Source of the DNA: the human T2T-CHM13v2.0 reference genome, Homo sapiens
Length of the DNA stretch: 64,000 nucleotides
Reading direction: 5' to 3' (one strand)
Assembly: GCF_009914755.1 (NCBI RefSeq)
Contig: NC_060932.1
In this document: positions 16,030 to 31,041 of the stretch, in pieces
Layout: each line of letters begins with the position of its first letter
Numbering within the stretch: the first letter of the stretch is position 1
Made by a program: the position numbers and the translations under genes
The notes under the pieces: generated by a model
What the model was told of the DNA's origin: nothing
Databases searched by the model: none
What the model saw: the letters and a program-made list of their open reading frames with translations, nothing else

Positions 16030-16500
16030 CAATTTGGATGTCAGTAGGACACAGATGGCACACATGTGACAACATTTAAGGACAGATTAATAAAGGTACC
16101 ATTTACAAGGTGTGGGCAGTGTAAGAGAAACCACAAAGAAAACTGCAGTATCTCAGGGCTAACCATAATAGGCCAACCCTAATGCCTAAAGTGGACAAAG
16201 GAGGGAGAAGATACCGGAATTTAGAAACAGTATAGAGAGGGCTACCTAAAAGGAGCAGTAAAATTTGTTCAGGGGGCTCAGACAGCCTGCAGCAACCTCC
16301 CAGAGAAGAAGTCAGTAATAAATATCCTGACTTTACTGTATTCCCCATTTCAGTCTCCTGCTGGTGGTCAACAATCATACATACAGCCAAAAAGGAAAGG
16401 AGTCCTTTATGTGGCACTTATACAGACCAGCTTCCTGGGCACACAGGAAGGTGGAGAAAAGAGAGAAGAGAGTGTAAAAGAGAAAATATCCAGCACTGGA
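16030..16500 (-). mobile_element. Old ERVL-class LTR remnant (LTR41/LTR33-like)
   Basis: Degenerate motifs ACAGATGGCACAC...ATTTACAAGGTGTGGGCAG; family uncertain. Confidence 0.4.
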
Positions 16501-17879
16501 AACTGAGTTGACCTGAGGCTGTATGCCTTGTACATGACAGGAGCCCTATAACTATATGCTGAATATCACTGAATTAATTATCTGGGGCTTGTGTTTAAAG
16601 AAAGGCACAGAATGGCTATGCAATAAATATTTACCAATTCACTCATTCTAATGATTCCATGATCATGGACTCCTCTGAATAAGCTCCACTTACAATCACA
16701 AACTCCAAGTATAAATGTTCATCCTTTCTACTTTTGATGCACTCCAGAAGAATAGGTTAAATTGTAGTAATCTATCAGCAGCTTTAGTTATGTGCAGTGA
16801 CTATCAACGTGCCTTGTAAATAGCTGGCTTTCAACAAGTACCACTTTTGACTAAATTGAATCAAAAGTTCCATTTAACTTGCACAGTGTTATACCTATGG
16901 GAAAAGTGGATCCTGAGTGCCCCTCACCATCTATCTCATTTCTGGAGTGTTAAGAAAGAAAATTGCAAGTGAGCATTGCAAGGAAAGCCTGAACATCATT
17001 GCTTCCCTCAATAATAAAAGGGATATTGCTCCATGATAAAGCATGCCACTTGAGATCAGACAGAGCCCATTCCCTTAACTTTCGGCATCTTTCATTTGCC
17101 ATGTAAACTTGGTCTCTTGGTATTTTCAAGCTCAACTAAATACACCAGAGTAAAATATCTTAGAAATTTATATCTTAAAACATTTACAGTGAGAAATGTA
17201 CCAGCATCATGCATGCTATCTCAAAAGGCTATGTCAACAGCATCCATTGTAACAAAAACCTTGAGTCCTCAATTAGTGCATTCAAGTTGCAAGAAAGGCA
17301 GAGATACAGCCACCAACTTTATTATTCAAAACTCACCTATCATATTTTCACCAAAACGTGTTTGATTTGGCCAAGTAATGGATTTTAGGAAATTGTTCGC
17401 AATACAAATAGGATCTAAAATCTTATTTACAATGATAGGATAATAATTTAAATGTGTTAGTTCTACCTTAATAATGTATTAGTACCCCAAACAAGCTTGG
17501 TATACAGTTATTTTATTTTCAAACAGACCCATTCTCTTTGCCTTTTGTTTCCCATGACCTTCATGAACTGTTTAAACATACAGGCCTTGTAAAATATCAG
17601 TGTTCTGGCAATACTTTTCAGCTCCTATGCTTCCAGAAAACATAACTTACTACTTTGCAGGATAAATAGTTATCAGCAGAACCATGTACTTTTCATAAAA
17701 AGTGAGGCTTGCTGTGTTCAGCTGCTCTAGGAATTCCTTTCATGAATTTCAAGACACGGACCCTCCCTAGCTAGTATCCTATACCTCAGAGACTTCCATA
17801 TGACACAGACAGACAGACACACACACACTAGTTTTTCATGTTACCTCGGGCTGCTAATGCCTCTACCAAGACTACTGCT

Positions 17880-18085
17880 TTTCAAAGGCAATGGGTTTGA
17901 AGTCACACTGAGCTTGAATCTCATCACTGTCACTAGCCAGAAACACAACCCTGGGCAAGCTACTTAAACCTCTGTGTCTTGATTTCCTGATCTGTAAAAT
18001 GAGAATAAAAATAGCATATACTTTCAGGGCCATTGGCAGGATTAATGAAATAATTCTAGAAAAACACTTTATAGGATGAGATGCA
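17880..18085 (+). mobile_element. MIR
   Basis: CTGGGCAAGCTACTTAAACCTCTGTGTCTTGATTTCCTGATCTGTAAAATGAGAATAA core. Confidence 0.8.
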
Positions 18086-18151
18086 TACTCCTACTTCCTT
18101 TTTATAAGTCTGTCTTTGTTCACAATCCAGGTGTGTCTATTTTATTCACAG

Positions 18152-18253
18152 GGCAAGAAGTTGCAGGAAAAATGGCTTCTAGCAGTGGAACTTCCTCATA
18201 CACGTGATCTGTTTCTGATTAGAGAACTGCAGGAGGTGAAAATTGGGTTCAAG
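18152..18253 (+). other. Candidate 102-nt internal (likely non-coding) exon
   Basis: Acceptor TCTATTTTATTCACAG| and consensus donor AAG|GTAAGT; no transcript evidence available here. Confidence 0.4.
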
Positions 18254-18357
18254 GTAAGTCCCTGACATTTAAAATACTCTTCTCCTTAGATATGTATATT
18301 TAATGCACCTTTGTTGAGAACTGTTAGGTTCAATATTATAAAATTGCCAGTGATTTA

Positions 18358-19143
18358 TGTCTTAGTCCATTTTGTGCTGCTAAAATAGAATACCTGAGAC
18401 TGGATCATTTATAAACAATAGATTTTTGTTTGGCTCACAGTTCTAGAGGCTGAGAAATCCAAGATCCAAGGGCCTACCTGGGGAAAGTCTTCTTGCTGTG
18501 TCATACTTAGCAAAAGGTATCATATTGCTGGTGAGAGAGAGGGAGGGAAGAGGGCCATACTCATCCTTTTATCAGTCTACTCCAGTCCACTCCCTCAATA
18601 ACTAACCCACCTCCAGAATAATGGCATCAATTCATTCATGCGGGAAGAACTCTCATGACCTAATCACCTCTTAAAGATCCCACCCTGTATTAGTCAAGGT
18701 TCTCTTAGAGGATTAACTTACGTGATCACAGGGTCCCACAATCAGCTATCTGCAAGCTGACGAGCAAGGAGAGCCAGTCTGAGTCCCAAAACTGAAGAAC
18801 TTGGAGTCCGATACTAGAGGGCAAGAAGCATCCAGCATTAGAGAAAGATGTAGGCTGGCAGGCTAGGCCCATCTCGTCACTTCGAGTTTTTTCTGCCTGC
18901 TTTATATATGGCGGCTGATTAGATGGTGCCCACCCAGTTAAGGGTGGGTCTGCCTTCCCCAGCCCACTGACTCAAATGTTAATCTCCTTTGACAACACCC
19001 TCACAGACACACCCAGGATCCATATTGCATCCTTCAATCAAGATCATACTCAGTATTAACTATCACACAACTCTCAACACTTTTTGCATTTGGAATTAAG
19101 TTTTCAACATATGAACTTTGGAGGACACATTCAAGTCATAGTA
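18358..19143 (-). mobile_element. MST-family MaLR LTR hosting a nested MLT2A LTR
   Basis: TGTCTTAGTCCATTTTGTGCTGCTA... start; resumes after 19067 with CTCAACACT...GAGGACACATTCAA. Confidence 0.8.
18686..19067 (-). mobile_element. MLT2A1-like ERVL solo LTR
   Basis: TGTATTAGTCAAGGTTCTC...GAGTCCCAAAACTGAAGAACTTGGAGTCCGA...CAGTATTAACTATCACA; degenerate 5-bp TSD CACCC/CAACT. Confidence 0.85.
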
Positions 19144-19451
19144 GTCTAATATGTTGAATTTCATACAATTCATTATAATGTCATGCCCCAGGCAAAAAGT
19201 TAAGGATGCCAAAATGAGTAAGACAAAGGTGAACCCTGTCCTCACAAAGCTGATGATCCAGGTAATGAGGCAGGGATGCTGTCAGGGAGAGGGGTAAGTA
19301 AAGGGTGTTATGGCAGGGAATAGCATCTACCCATACACTAAGCTCAAAGGGATACGGGTGGGGCAAGAGGCCAGAAGTGTTCAAGGAAAATCTCTCCTCA
19401 TGGAACCCAAATGACTGGGTCATAAGTGTTTTGGGTGATGATTTGTTACAG

Positions 19452-19955
19452 TAACTAGTTTCCTTTGGTTATTGTAACAAATCATCACAAACTTAGTGGT
19501 TTACAACACACTCATTAATTTTCTCACAGTTCTGGAGGTCAAAAGTCCAAGATTAGTTTCACTGGGCAAAATCAATGTATAGGCAGGGTCAAGCTCCCTC
19601 TGTAGGATCTAGTGGGGAGTATCTTTCCTTGACTTTTCCAGCTTCTAGAGCTGAAATGCTTGCATTGCTTGGCTTGTGGACCTCCTCATTTGTCTTTAAA
19701 GTCAGCAGCATTGGATTTTGTTTCAATGGTCACATTGCCTTCTTCTATGTGTCAAATATCCTCTCTCTTTCTCCTATATGAATGCTTATGATTGCATTTA
19801 GGACCCACTTGGATAATCCAGTTTAATCTTCTCACCTCAAGGTCCTTAATTTAATTATATCTGCAACGTCTCTTTTGCCATGCAAGGGTAACATTCGCAG
19901 GTTCCAGAAATTAATGCCTGGATATCTTTGGGAACCATTATTCAGCCTATTACAC
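19452..19955 (-). mobile_element. MLT1D-like MaLR LTR
   Basis: TGTAACAAATCATCACAAACTTAGTGG...TCACAGTTCTGGAGGTCAAAAGTCC...TTCACTGGGC. Confidence 0.75.
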
Positions 19956-22229
19956 AAAGGGTGAAAGCTAATTAATTTCAAGAAAAGAAGTTAATGGGTT
20001 GTTGTTAGAGGACAAATGAAGATCCAGTCTTGGGGGCTGAGCAAAGTAATTTGGGAGGATATAACAACCTTAACCGAGATGAACCAAATGAAGAAAAAGG
20101 AAGGATATTAGCAAGGCAGATGTTAGAGCCTGTGCAAAGGTTCAAGAAAAGGAGAGCGTGGCATATTTAAAGACTTAGGAAAAGTGTTTCCTGGGTTGAA
20201 GTTAGAGTAAAAATAATGGTGGAGATAAGGTAAAAGAGGAGGCTGTTGGGGTATGCATGGAATAGCTCATAAAGAACATCATAAGTTATGCTAAGTAGAC
20301 TTCATCCTATGGGAATGAGAAGCCAGCCATTGAAAGTCTGAAAGCAGGGGGATGATTTGATGGGTTCTATGTTTCAGAAAGCTCTCTCTGTTCACCATGT
20401 TGGAAAAAAAGGATTAGAGGAGGACAAGACAGGGTAGGAAGACTGGCTAAAGGCCGGTTGCCATTATTTATCCTAGAACTGAGGGGGTCTTGGATTCTGT
20501 GCAGTCTAGTCCCTGGCCCCTGGGTATATTCATTTCACTTCCAAAAAATCCTTTTGAAATATATTTAAAACTAATTAAATGTGGTATCAGAAAATGATTT
20601 CCACTTGTATTAGGATTTCTGTCATAGTTATCTAGTGGGTAACAATGCTATCAGTTCAAGTTAATAGTATATATTAACTCTAACCTGAAAAACTGGCTTT
20701 TTACTCATCTAAAAATACTACTAAGCAAAAGCCTCATGAGGACCTCTTGGTAAACGACTGAAATAAGGGGCTAAAACTGAGTATGATTTGGATCCATACT
20801 ACTCTTATCTTTCAGATATAACATTATTAGTCACCATTATTGTTATTATACATCTGGAACCTAAGATGTTCCTAAGTCCAGAACAGGTAACTGAACAAAA
20901 TGTTGCTTAGATGTATAGAGTCATTAATCATGTAGATTCATTACATGATCTTAAATGTATAAATGTCTTCATTTGAATTTCCCACAAGACAAGAGCCTTG
21001 GACAAATACTTCAAAGCATTGTTTTATTTGGTAGTAATCTCAAGAAGCAGAAGGTAAGGAGTAGGGAAAATGAGATGGTGAAGAAGAAAAAATCAATATA
21101 AATGTGTTTCGAAATTACTGCTGTGGATGAATAGACTAGTTTTTGCTATGACCCCTTAAGAACCTGCAAGATGGGAGGCTGGAGAGTTTATCATCCAGAA
21201 GCAAGATCTTGATGGTTGAGAGTTGAGTCTGTGAGTATTCACTCCCTCACATTTACGGGGAGGCATTTGTGCAGGCTGAGAACACCCCTCAGGATTAGAA
21301 GGCCCTGGGACATGATGTCAAAGGATATCAGAACAAGCTAGGGAGTTTGAACTGGCAGAGAACCTCTCCCAGCATCTGTGACTGGTATAGAAATGAGCCA
21401 AAGCATGGTGATGTAGGTATCAAAGGCACCTGCTAGAGTGAAGAGTCTACCCTGGAATCATGAACAAAGTTTTTGCAGGTATATGAACTTTGCCATCAAT
21501 TCACAACACAATATGTCTAGATTTGACTCTCATAGGATCATTTTCCCCTCAAAACCTGATCCTGAAATTTTGATATGATGTCAGCAAAGGATAATATGGT
21601 TCTTTGGGAATGGAGTCAACAGAAGTAAATTTCATTATCCAGATCACGGGATATATCCCACAGAAAAGAATAAAATGAAAAGATAGGTCCAAGATGGGAC
21701 CAACAATAGATTGAGTCAAAGGGAAAACACTGACTAGGGAGGGTGTTAGCAATATGAATCAAAGCCCAGGAGATTATGGCAGACTCAAATCCTTTCTGAA
21801 CAAGAGATGAGGTTCCTATGTAGATGAGGGTCTGAGATCATTAAGATTTCAGAGTATGAGAAACAGAGTAAGGGGGTATATCAAGGGTAGAGAGTACTAA
21901 GTACTTCCCACTGAGAGCAGAAAGAATAATACATTGGAAGGAAGAATATCAATAGAAGGGAAAAAACAGTTATTAAGTTTTTCTACAGGGTAAAGATGGC
22001 AAAGAGTTTATCTAAAAATAGGTCACTCACCAGGATTGAAGAGGAGATAACTGACTGAGAGATAGTAAAGAGACAAATTCAGTGATATTCCAACATGGAT
22101 TAGATGGGGCTAGTAAGCACATCTCCCCAACTAGAGTTCCAGCTTCTGAGAAACGATGACTATTTCTTTATAATTCTGAATTCTACAACTGACATATTAT
22201 AGAGACTTAGTGAATATATGTTGCATTAA

Positions 22230-23232
<1,003 letters not shown>

Positions 23233-24746
23233 TAATGGGAAAAGAACTAAGAAAAGGTGAAATCTGAGATGCAAAGGACAAGGTTTTCTGATAAAGTTTT
23301 ATGTCTGGAAAACCGGCCCGGGGTGAAATACAGAGCTTGCATTAAATGAGGGGCCTTCAGGAAGAAAGTCTCAGGCACTGGGATGGGAGGCAGGGTGGAT
23401 GCAGAAAATATATTAGAAAAAACAAGTGGGAGGGTAGTGGTTAAGGGCCTTGAGAAAAGTTGTGAAGGTTTCAAATGCAATGCACTGTACCATCCATGTG
23501 GCAGATCTGTTCTTTCACATTCTCAAACAATCACAGTGTCAGGAGTGCAGCTTCTTCCAGTAACAATGGAAAACAGTTTTTCAATAGCCCAACAGAGTAT
23601 CACACTCTTAGCTTCAAACTGGATCATGAATGAGTGGAGATAAAATTGGATAGAAGAGTTCTGACATTTTCTTTGGCAATGTTGTCACTTCATATACACA
23701 ACACCAGAATATAAGTGAAATGGATGGGGCAGTACAGGATTCAGGAAACTGAGCTTTTAACTGACGTAAATAATAACAGTAATGATATAATTACCTACCA
23801 TTTATTGGCTGCTTATTATGTGCCAGTAACAATGCTAATGTTTCATTACATTATCTCATTTGAGCTTCATGAAAGCCTCTATCATTCTGAGTAATTTTAG
23901 TCATTGTTTTCATAATGCCAATAGGTTTATACGGAAGCATACACACATATATGTACATGCTCATAGAAGTCTGATTTTATAATGATACACTGCTACCTAA
24001 TAAAGGCTTTCCTTGACATTCCATGCAACTTCAAATTATTTTTATTTGGAAGTTACTACTGCTCCAGGATATGCTTTATTGCTTTATTAGCACCAAAATT
24101 GCTTTTGGTCATTTTTTTTGTTTTCTGGGCATTTTTTATCCCATCCAAAGTCAGTCTGTTCCTTCATTTACTTAACAAATATTTATTAAATAGTGATTAC
24201 CTTTTAAGTGCTTGGGATACAGGGTTGGCTAGAAAGTTCTTGTCTCTCACACATCCAGAATTTTCTGTGAAATAAAGATTACTACCTAGATAATGAATGC
24301 ACAGTGTAATTTTTTGCTGCATATTTATAAATAAGCACAGGGTACTACAGAAGTACATGGTGAGGAAGGCACTTGGGTCAGCCATAGGAGATTCAGCAGA
24401 GACTTCCTGGAAGAAGCAACTTCCAAACTTGGATGTAAAATAGAAGTAGGAGTTTGAGGGTAAATAGGGTGCATAGAGAAAAACATTGCAGATAGGATGC
24501 ATGCCATTTACAAAGATCGAGAGAGAATGTGGGACACAATTAGAACCTCAAATCATTTATTTTGGCTTCAGTCTAGTGTGTGAGGAATAGAGAAGAGCTG
24601 ATGAAGCTACACCGAATGTGTGGGTTAGATACAGAAAGTTTTTCTGTCTTATTAAGGAGTTTGGATTTTATTCTTAGATCACCGGTGTGACAAGGAGGGG
24701 ATGTGGGATCACCAAGACTTAAAACCACAGGAATGTATGATCATAA

Positions 24747-25072
<326 letters not shown>

Positions 25073-28049
25073 CATAATTTAATTTTTGTAGAGGAAAGTT
25101 ATCACCCCCTACCCTTGACATCCTGTCCCAGATAACGTATTATCTAAGTAAAAACAGTATACCTGCTTTGCGAACACAGCTTTAAAATGATTCTTCTCTC
25201 TCTCCTTACTTGCTGTCACACACGTGTACACACCTCCCACCAGTGTTCCATCTCCTTCTAGCAGAAACCCCATCAATGAAAAGAAGGTCAAGAGATCACA
25301 AACAGAAACTGACAAGGATTTTTCAAAACAGTAAGTTATTTTATTTCAAAATCAAAAATATGGCACAATATTGATCCCAACAGGAATTTTTAGCTGGAAG
25401 CTGTTTCTAAAAGATGCCTACAATTTCAATAGACCACATCTCCCAGGTGATTGCCTAACCCCTGGGTTAGTGTGAGCCCTTCTCTCCTGCTTCTCACTTC
25501 CCTTTCAAAGTGCGTGAGTCACACCCTTTTACCTGTTGTCTTCATTCCCTGCCCCAGCTGATAGTGAATAAGGAAGACAGTTGTTGAAACGGAGAAAGGA
25601 AAGTACTATTTATGGAGCACCTGTTACAAGGCATGTTAGGTATTTTCAGATAACTTTGCTACATTCATTGTGATCCTTAGGGAAACCCTGCAAGGTAGGT
25701 AAAAATCCCTATTCTGCATGTGAGAGAAATTGAGCTTCATGGTGATTCATTTCTTTTTTCTCTGTGCCAGGCACTAGGGCATGGGCTAGAAGCTGAGCCA
25801 TAGAAACCTGCTTTGGGTCACAGAGCATGATGGGGGAGGGAATTGAGGTCAGATTCTTCGGCTCATGCCTTTACCACTACATCATAAACAGGGCTGGGTC
25901 TCTGTTATCAAGGTCTTTCATTGTTGGCACCCGTGTTCACACAGCTTGCCGAGTTTCTAGTTCGCTGGCTGGCTCTGCCTTTCCCTCCCAGTGGCATTCT
26001 CAGTTTATGGCTGCCTGCCCTCTCCACTTGGGAGTCCTCATGTTACTTTGCGCTTGGGTGTCTGTAGCCTCCTGATTCCTGCCTACCCACCTGGATACAC
26101 TTCTTCTTTGGTTTGGGGCCAGCTGAGAACTGCTCACCTGGCTGTAGTGTCTAAGCTCCATTTTGTCCCCTAAACCGCCTATTTGCCAAATATAGCCCTG
26201 GCAGGACTCAGTCTCTTCCCAGTTCCGAAGCACCTGTCACACTCTCCAATCCAAAGCCTGCCAGTCATTTTTATCATATCCTTTACCGAGAGAAATCTTT
26301 AGAAGCTGCTCTGTTTTCCTTATCTCTACCATTTAGTATTTTTTTAAATATTGACTTATTTTTCCAAATTAAGTCATAAAGAGATGCATGATGAAGTACT
26401 CATGCTCTCTGTTTTTATTAAAGACTTAGGATCAAATTAGATCTACTTTTTTTTTTTTAACAAATTGAATACAGACAGTAAAAAATACATTTGTGGGTAA
26501 ATTTGGTTTAAGCATATTGTCAGAAAATTACAAGACTATGAGATTCCTGAATGGGCATTTAGCCTACCTTTTACCTCCAGGCAGGAACATGGCTAACGTT
26601 TACTAAAGGAGAGAGAGAGAAAGAGAGCGATTCCATTATGTTAAAACCAAAACAAAACAAAACAAAAACTTTAGGAGATAAACTATCTAGGCTATCCTTC
26701 ACCTAGGGCCATTCGTACTGGTGATCACTGTATTGATGAAAGAGTCTGAGATAGACAGAAAGCGGGGTTTGAATAAGTTTTATAAGGAAAGAGTTTTTCC
26801 AGTGGCAGTTACCATATTTTTAAAATTCAGTATGTAACGGCCAAAACTACAGATCATAAAGATAGTTTGCTATTTTTTATTTAGATAAATTTTAACTAAT
26901 AATAATGTATTTCCTGATCCAAGGTAAGATATGAATGATCAAATCTCATGCTTCAGGCCACAGAGTAATTAATGCCAGAAAAGAGTTTCCTTGCATTTGT
27001 TGACAGAGAGGCAGAGATTGAGAGAGAGAGAGAGAGAAAGCAAGCAAACAAGAGAGAGGGATTAAGAAAACCACAATGCACATATACCATGTAACCCATC
27101 TTCCCTCCCTGGAACTCCTCACTGATTTCCCAATCCAGCCACTCCAATTTCCCAATCAAGGAGCTATGACTTTGAAATAGCGATGGTGTAGCTTTAGCCC
27201 CGATATATGAAGTGCTCCCACTTTTTGCCAGTCACTTCACAGTTCTCCCTTTATTTGCCAAGATAGACCTCCTCCCTCTAAGTAAAATAAAAGTACGGCT
27301 TTTCTAAGTTAACCTAAAGAAAATAATACAATGCCTGTGTTAGTACATGACTTTTTTTAAGCAACAGAAGACTGGTAAAGAGGCTGTTATTTAAAACTGA
27401 TTGAAATGGATTCAGAGTACAGGCCCTGTGCCAGGTGGCATGAACTTGTAACCCATGCTTAACTCAGATTTATTATATTAATCATGGTAATCCAATACAT
27501 AGTAAGTTTAATTTTGTGTGTATGTGTGTGTTATTAAAGTTGTATTCAAATGAAAATACTAAAAGCTGAAGAACAAGCACAGAAATTGTAGTATGGGGAT
27601 TTGAATTTGACAGAAATGGATTTAAGAAAAAGCCTTGCCAATTACTAGCTGGATAGCATCAGACAACTAATGTAATCTGCGTTTCAGTTGGAGAGATTAA
27701 AATAAGAAATATAAAAAAGGGAAAACAATGATTCTGATCTCCTAGAGAGATTGTGAGGATTAAAGGGATAATAGCCAGAGTGTCCAGCACATAATAAATA
27801 TTCTCAGCAAATGATATTATATTTTTATTACTAATTATAATAAGTTTCTCCTTCTTGAAATTTGGATTTAGAAATTTAGAGAAATTCCTATACCCTTTCC
27901 AGCTAAAATATATATTTTTTGTGAATAGTGTATTCAGTAATAAGAGCCTCAATGCAGAAATTCCAGAATGAGTCTGCTTATCATTTTGCAGTTACTTAAA
28001 AAATAAACATTCTTGTGCCATAAGATTCCTTGGCTGATAAGTTAGATCT

Positions 28050-28395
28050 GTAGTTCCTTGTTATTCAAAGTGTGGTCAGAAAAACAGCAGCAGTAGCAGT
28101 GCCAAGGAGCTTATCAAAGCTTTAGAACGTCAGACACTATTCGGACTACTGAATCAGAAAACATATTTAAACAAGATCTCCAGGTGATTCATATGCACAT
28201 GAAAGTTTGAAAAGAATTGCTCCAGTACAATGGTTCTCAGACTTTAGCATGTGCCGGAAGTACCTTGAGAACTTGTTAAAACAGATAGCTGAGCCTTAAA
28301 TCTAGATTTTTAAATTCAGTAAGTCTGGATTAGGGCTAAAAATTTTACATTACTAGCAAGGTGGTGCTGATGTTGCTAGTCCAGGAACCACACTT
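28050..28395. mobile_element. Two adjacent MER5A-like hAT MITEs in opposite orientation
   Basis: TCAAAGTGTGGTC...TTTAAACAAGATCTCCAGGTGATTCATATGCACATGAAAGTTTGA followed by TGGTTCTCAGACTTTAGCATG...GGAACCACACTT. Confidence 0.7.
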
Positions 28396-28956
28396 CAATA
28401 ATAATTAAGACATTCAATAGCTCGACAATTAGAAAAAAATAAAGTATTTAAGAGGAAGAAAATAATAAAGATTAGAAGAACAAAAACCAGTGAAACATAC
28501 AACAGACAAATAATAGAGAAAACACGTAAAACCCAAAGATGTTAAAAGATCAGTGAAATAATGCATTTTTATATTGATTGAACAAGGAAAAAAAAGAAAA
28601 GGTACAAATTACAAATATCAGGAATAAAAGAGAATATGTCTCCACAGACCCCAAAGGGATTAAAAGTATAATAGAAAAACATTATGAATAACTTCATGAC
28701 AATAAATTTGAAACACTGATGAAATTGATATATTTTAAAATTTCTTTATATTTTAAAATTTTGTCATTGAGAATATTCCCACAAAGAAAGTTTTGGGTCT
28801 GAATGGCTTCACCAGGAAATTCTGTCAAACACTTAGGAGAAAATAATACCAATCCTACAAGAAATCTCTCAGAAAATTAAGGATAAACATTTCCCAAGCC
28901 ATTTAATAGGGCCAAAATTACATTGTTATCGATGACACTGCAAAAAGAGAAAACTA

Positions 28957-29884
28957 CAGTTGTCCTCCCTTATTTTCAATTTTGCTTTCTGAGGAGTCAG
29001 TTACCCACAGTCAACTGCAGTCTGAAAATATTTAATAGAAAATTCCAGAAATAAACAATTCACAGGTTTTAAATTGTGTGCCATTCTTAGTATGATGAAA
29101 CCCTGCAACATCCAGCTCCATCCTCCCTGGATGTGACATAGCCCTTTGCCCAGTGTCTCCATCCTGTATACTGTTAGTCACTTAGTAGCCATCTGGGTTG
29201 TCAGGCAGTTGTGGTATTGCAGTGCGTGTGCTCAAGTAACCCTCATTTTACTTAATAATGGTCCCAAAATGCAAGAGTAATGATGCTGGCAATTTTTTGT
29301 TTGCCAAAGAGAAGCCATAAAGTGCTTCCTTTAAGTGAAAAGGTGAAAGGTCTTGGTTTAATATGGAAAGAAAAAAATATGCGAGGTTGCTAAGCTACTG
29401 TATGAATGAATCTTCTCCCAGTGAAATTGTGAAGAAGGAAAAAGAAGTTCATGCTAGTTTTGCTGTCACACATCAAGTGGATGATCCTTCATCTGCCTTA
29501 TTGTCAGAAGGTCAATAGTAGCCTAACACTAAATCACAACGCCTTTATCATTCACCTCACTTCATCTCATTACTTAGGCATTGTGTCATCTCATACCATT
29601 GCATGAAAAAAGAAGGTGAGACCAGTACAATAAGATATTTTGAGAGAGAGAGAGAGAAATAGGACATATTCATATAACTTTTATTACAGTATGTTGTTAC
29701 AATTGTTCCATTTTTAGTTACTGTTAATTTCTTACGGTGGTGAATTTATGAACTGAACTTCATCATTGGCATGTATGTGTAGGGAAAAACATAGTCTATT
29801 ATATAGGGTTTGGTGCTATCTGCAGTTTCAGGAATCCACTGGGAATCTTAGAACAAGTCCTCCATGGATAAGGAGGGACTACTG
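28957..29884. mobile_element. Tigger7/MER44-type Tc1-mariner deletion derivative
   Basis: TIRs CAGTTGTCCTCCCTTAT / GATAAGGAGGGACTACTG flanked by TA duplications (28955-28956, 29885-29886). Confidence 0.85.
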
Positions 29885-29988
29885 TACCAAAAACTCTTTC
29901 TAGTGAAAATAGGAGCAAAACTCCTTTATGTTATATTAGCAAATACAATTCAGTAATATAATATATAAAGAGTATCCTGCACCCGATC

Positions 29989-31041
29989 TATCGGGGGAAA
30001 TTCAGCCCCTGATATTTCACGTGGGTCCTTTTCTATTTTCTCTAAGTGTCGGCCAGTCTGAGAAATAAAGGGAAAGAGCACAGAAGAGAGATTTTAAAGC
30101 TGGGTGTCCAGGGCAGACATCACATGTCAGCAGGTTCCGTGATACGCCCCAAGCTGCAAAACCAAGTTTTTATTAGCAATTTTCAAAAGGGGAGGGAGTG
30201 TACGAATAGAGTGTGGGTCACAGAGATCACATGCTTCACAAGATAGAATATCACAAGGCAAATGGAGGCAGGGTGAGATCACAGGACCAGGGCAAAATTA
30301 AAATTGCTAATGAAGTTTCGGGCACACATTGTCATTGTTAACATTTTATCAGAAGACAGGGTTTGAGAGCAGACAACCAGTCTGACCAAAATTTATTAGG
30401 CGGGAATTTCCTCGTCCTAATAAGCCTGGGAGCGCTACAGGAGCCCGGGCTTATTTCATCCCTTATCTACAACTGTAAAAGACAGACGTTCCCAAAGCAG
30501 CCATTTCAGAGACCTCTCCTTGGGAACGCATTCTCTTTCTCAGGGCCGTTCCTTGCTGAGAAAAAGAATTCAGTGATATTTCTCCTATTTGCTTTTGAAA
30601 GAAGAGAAATATGGCTCTGTTCCACCTGGCCCACAGGCAGCCAGACTTTAAGGTTATCTCCCTTGTTCCCTGAAGATTGCTGTTATCCTGTTCTTTTTTC
30701 AAGGTGCCCAGATTTCATATTGTTTAAACAATTTGTGCAGTTAATGAAATCATCACAGGGTCCTGAGGCAACATTTATTCTCAGCTTATGAAGATGATGG
30801 GATTAAGAGATTAAAGTAAAGACAGCCATAGGAAATCACAAGAGTATTGATTGGGGAAGTGATAAGTGTCCATGAAATCCTCACAATTTATGTTCAGAGA
30901 TTGCAGTAAAGACAGGCATAAGAAATTATAGAAGTATTAATTTGGGAAACTAATAAATGTCCATGAAATCTTCAAAATTTATGTTCTTCTGCCATGGCTT
31001 CAGCCAGTCCCTCCATTTGGGGTCCCTGACTTCCCACAACA
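29989..31041 (-). mobile_element. MER11 (HERV-K11/HML-8) solo LTR
   Basis: The minus strand starts TGTTGTGGGAAGTCAGGGACCCC and ends CCCCCGATA; 6-bp TSD CCGATC/CTGATC. Confidence 0.92.
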
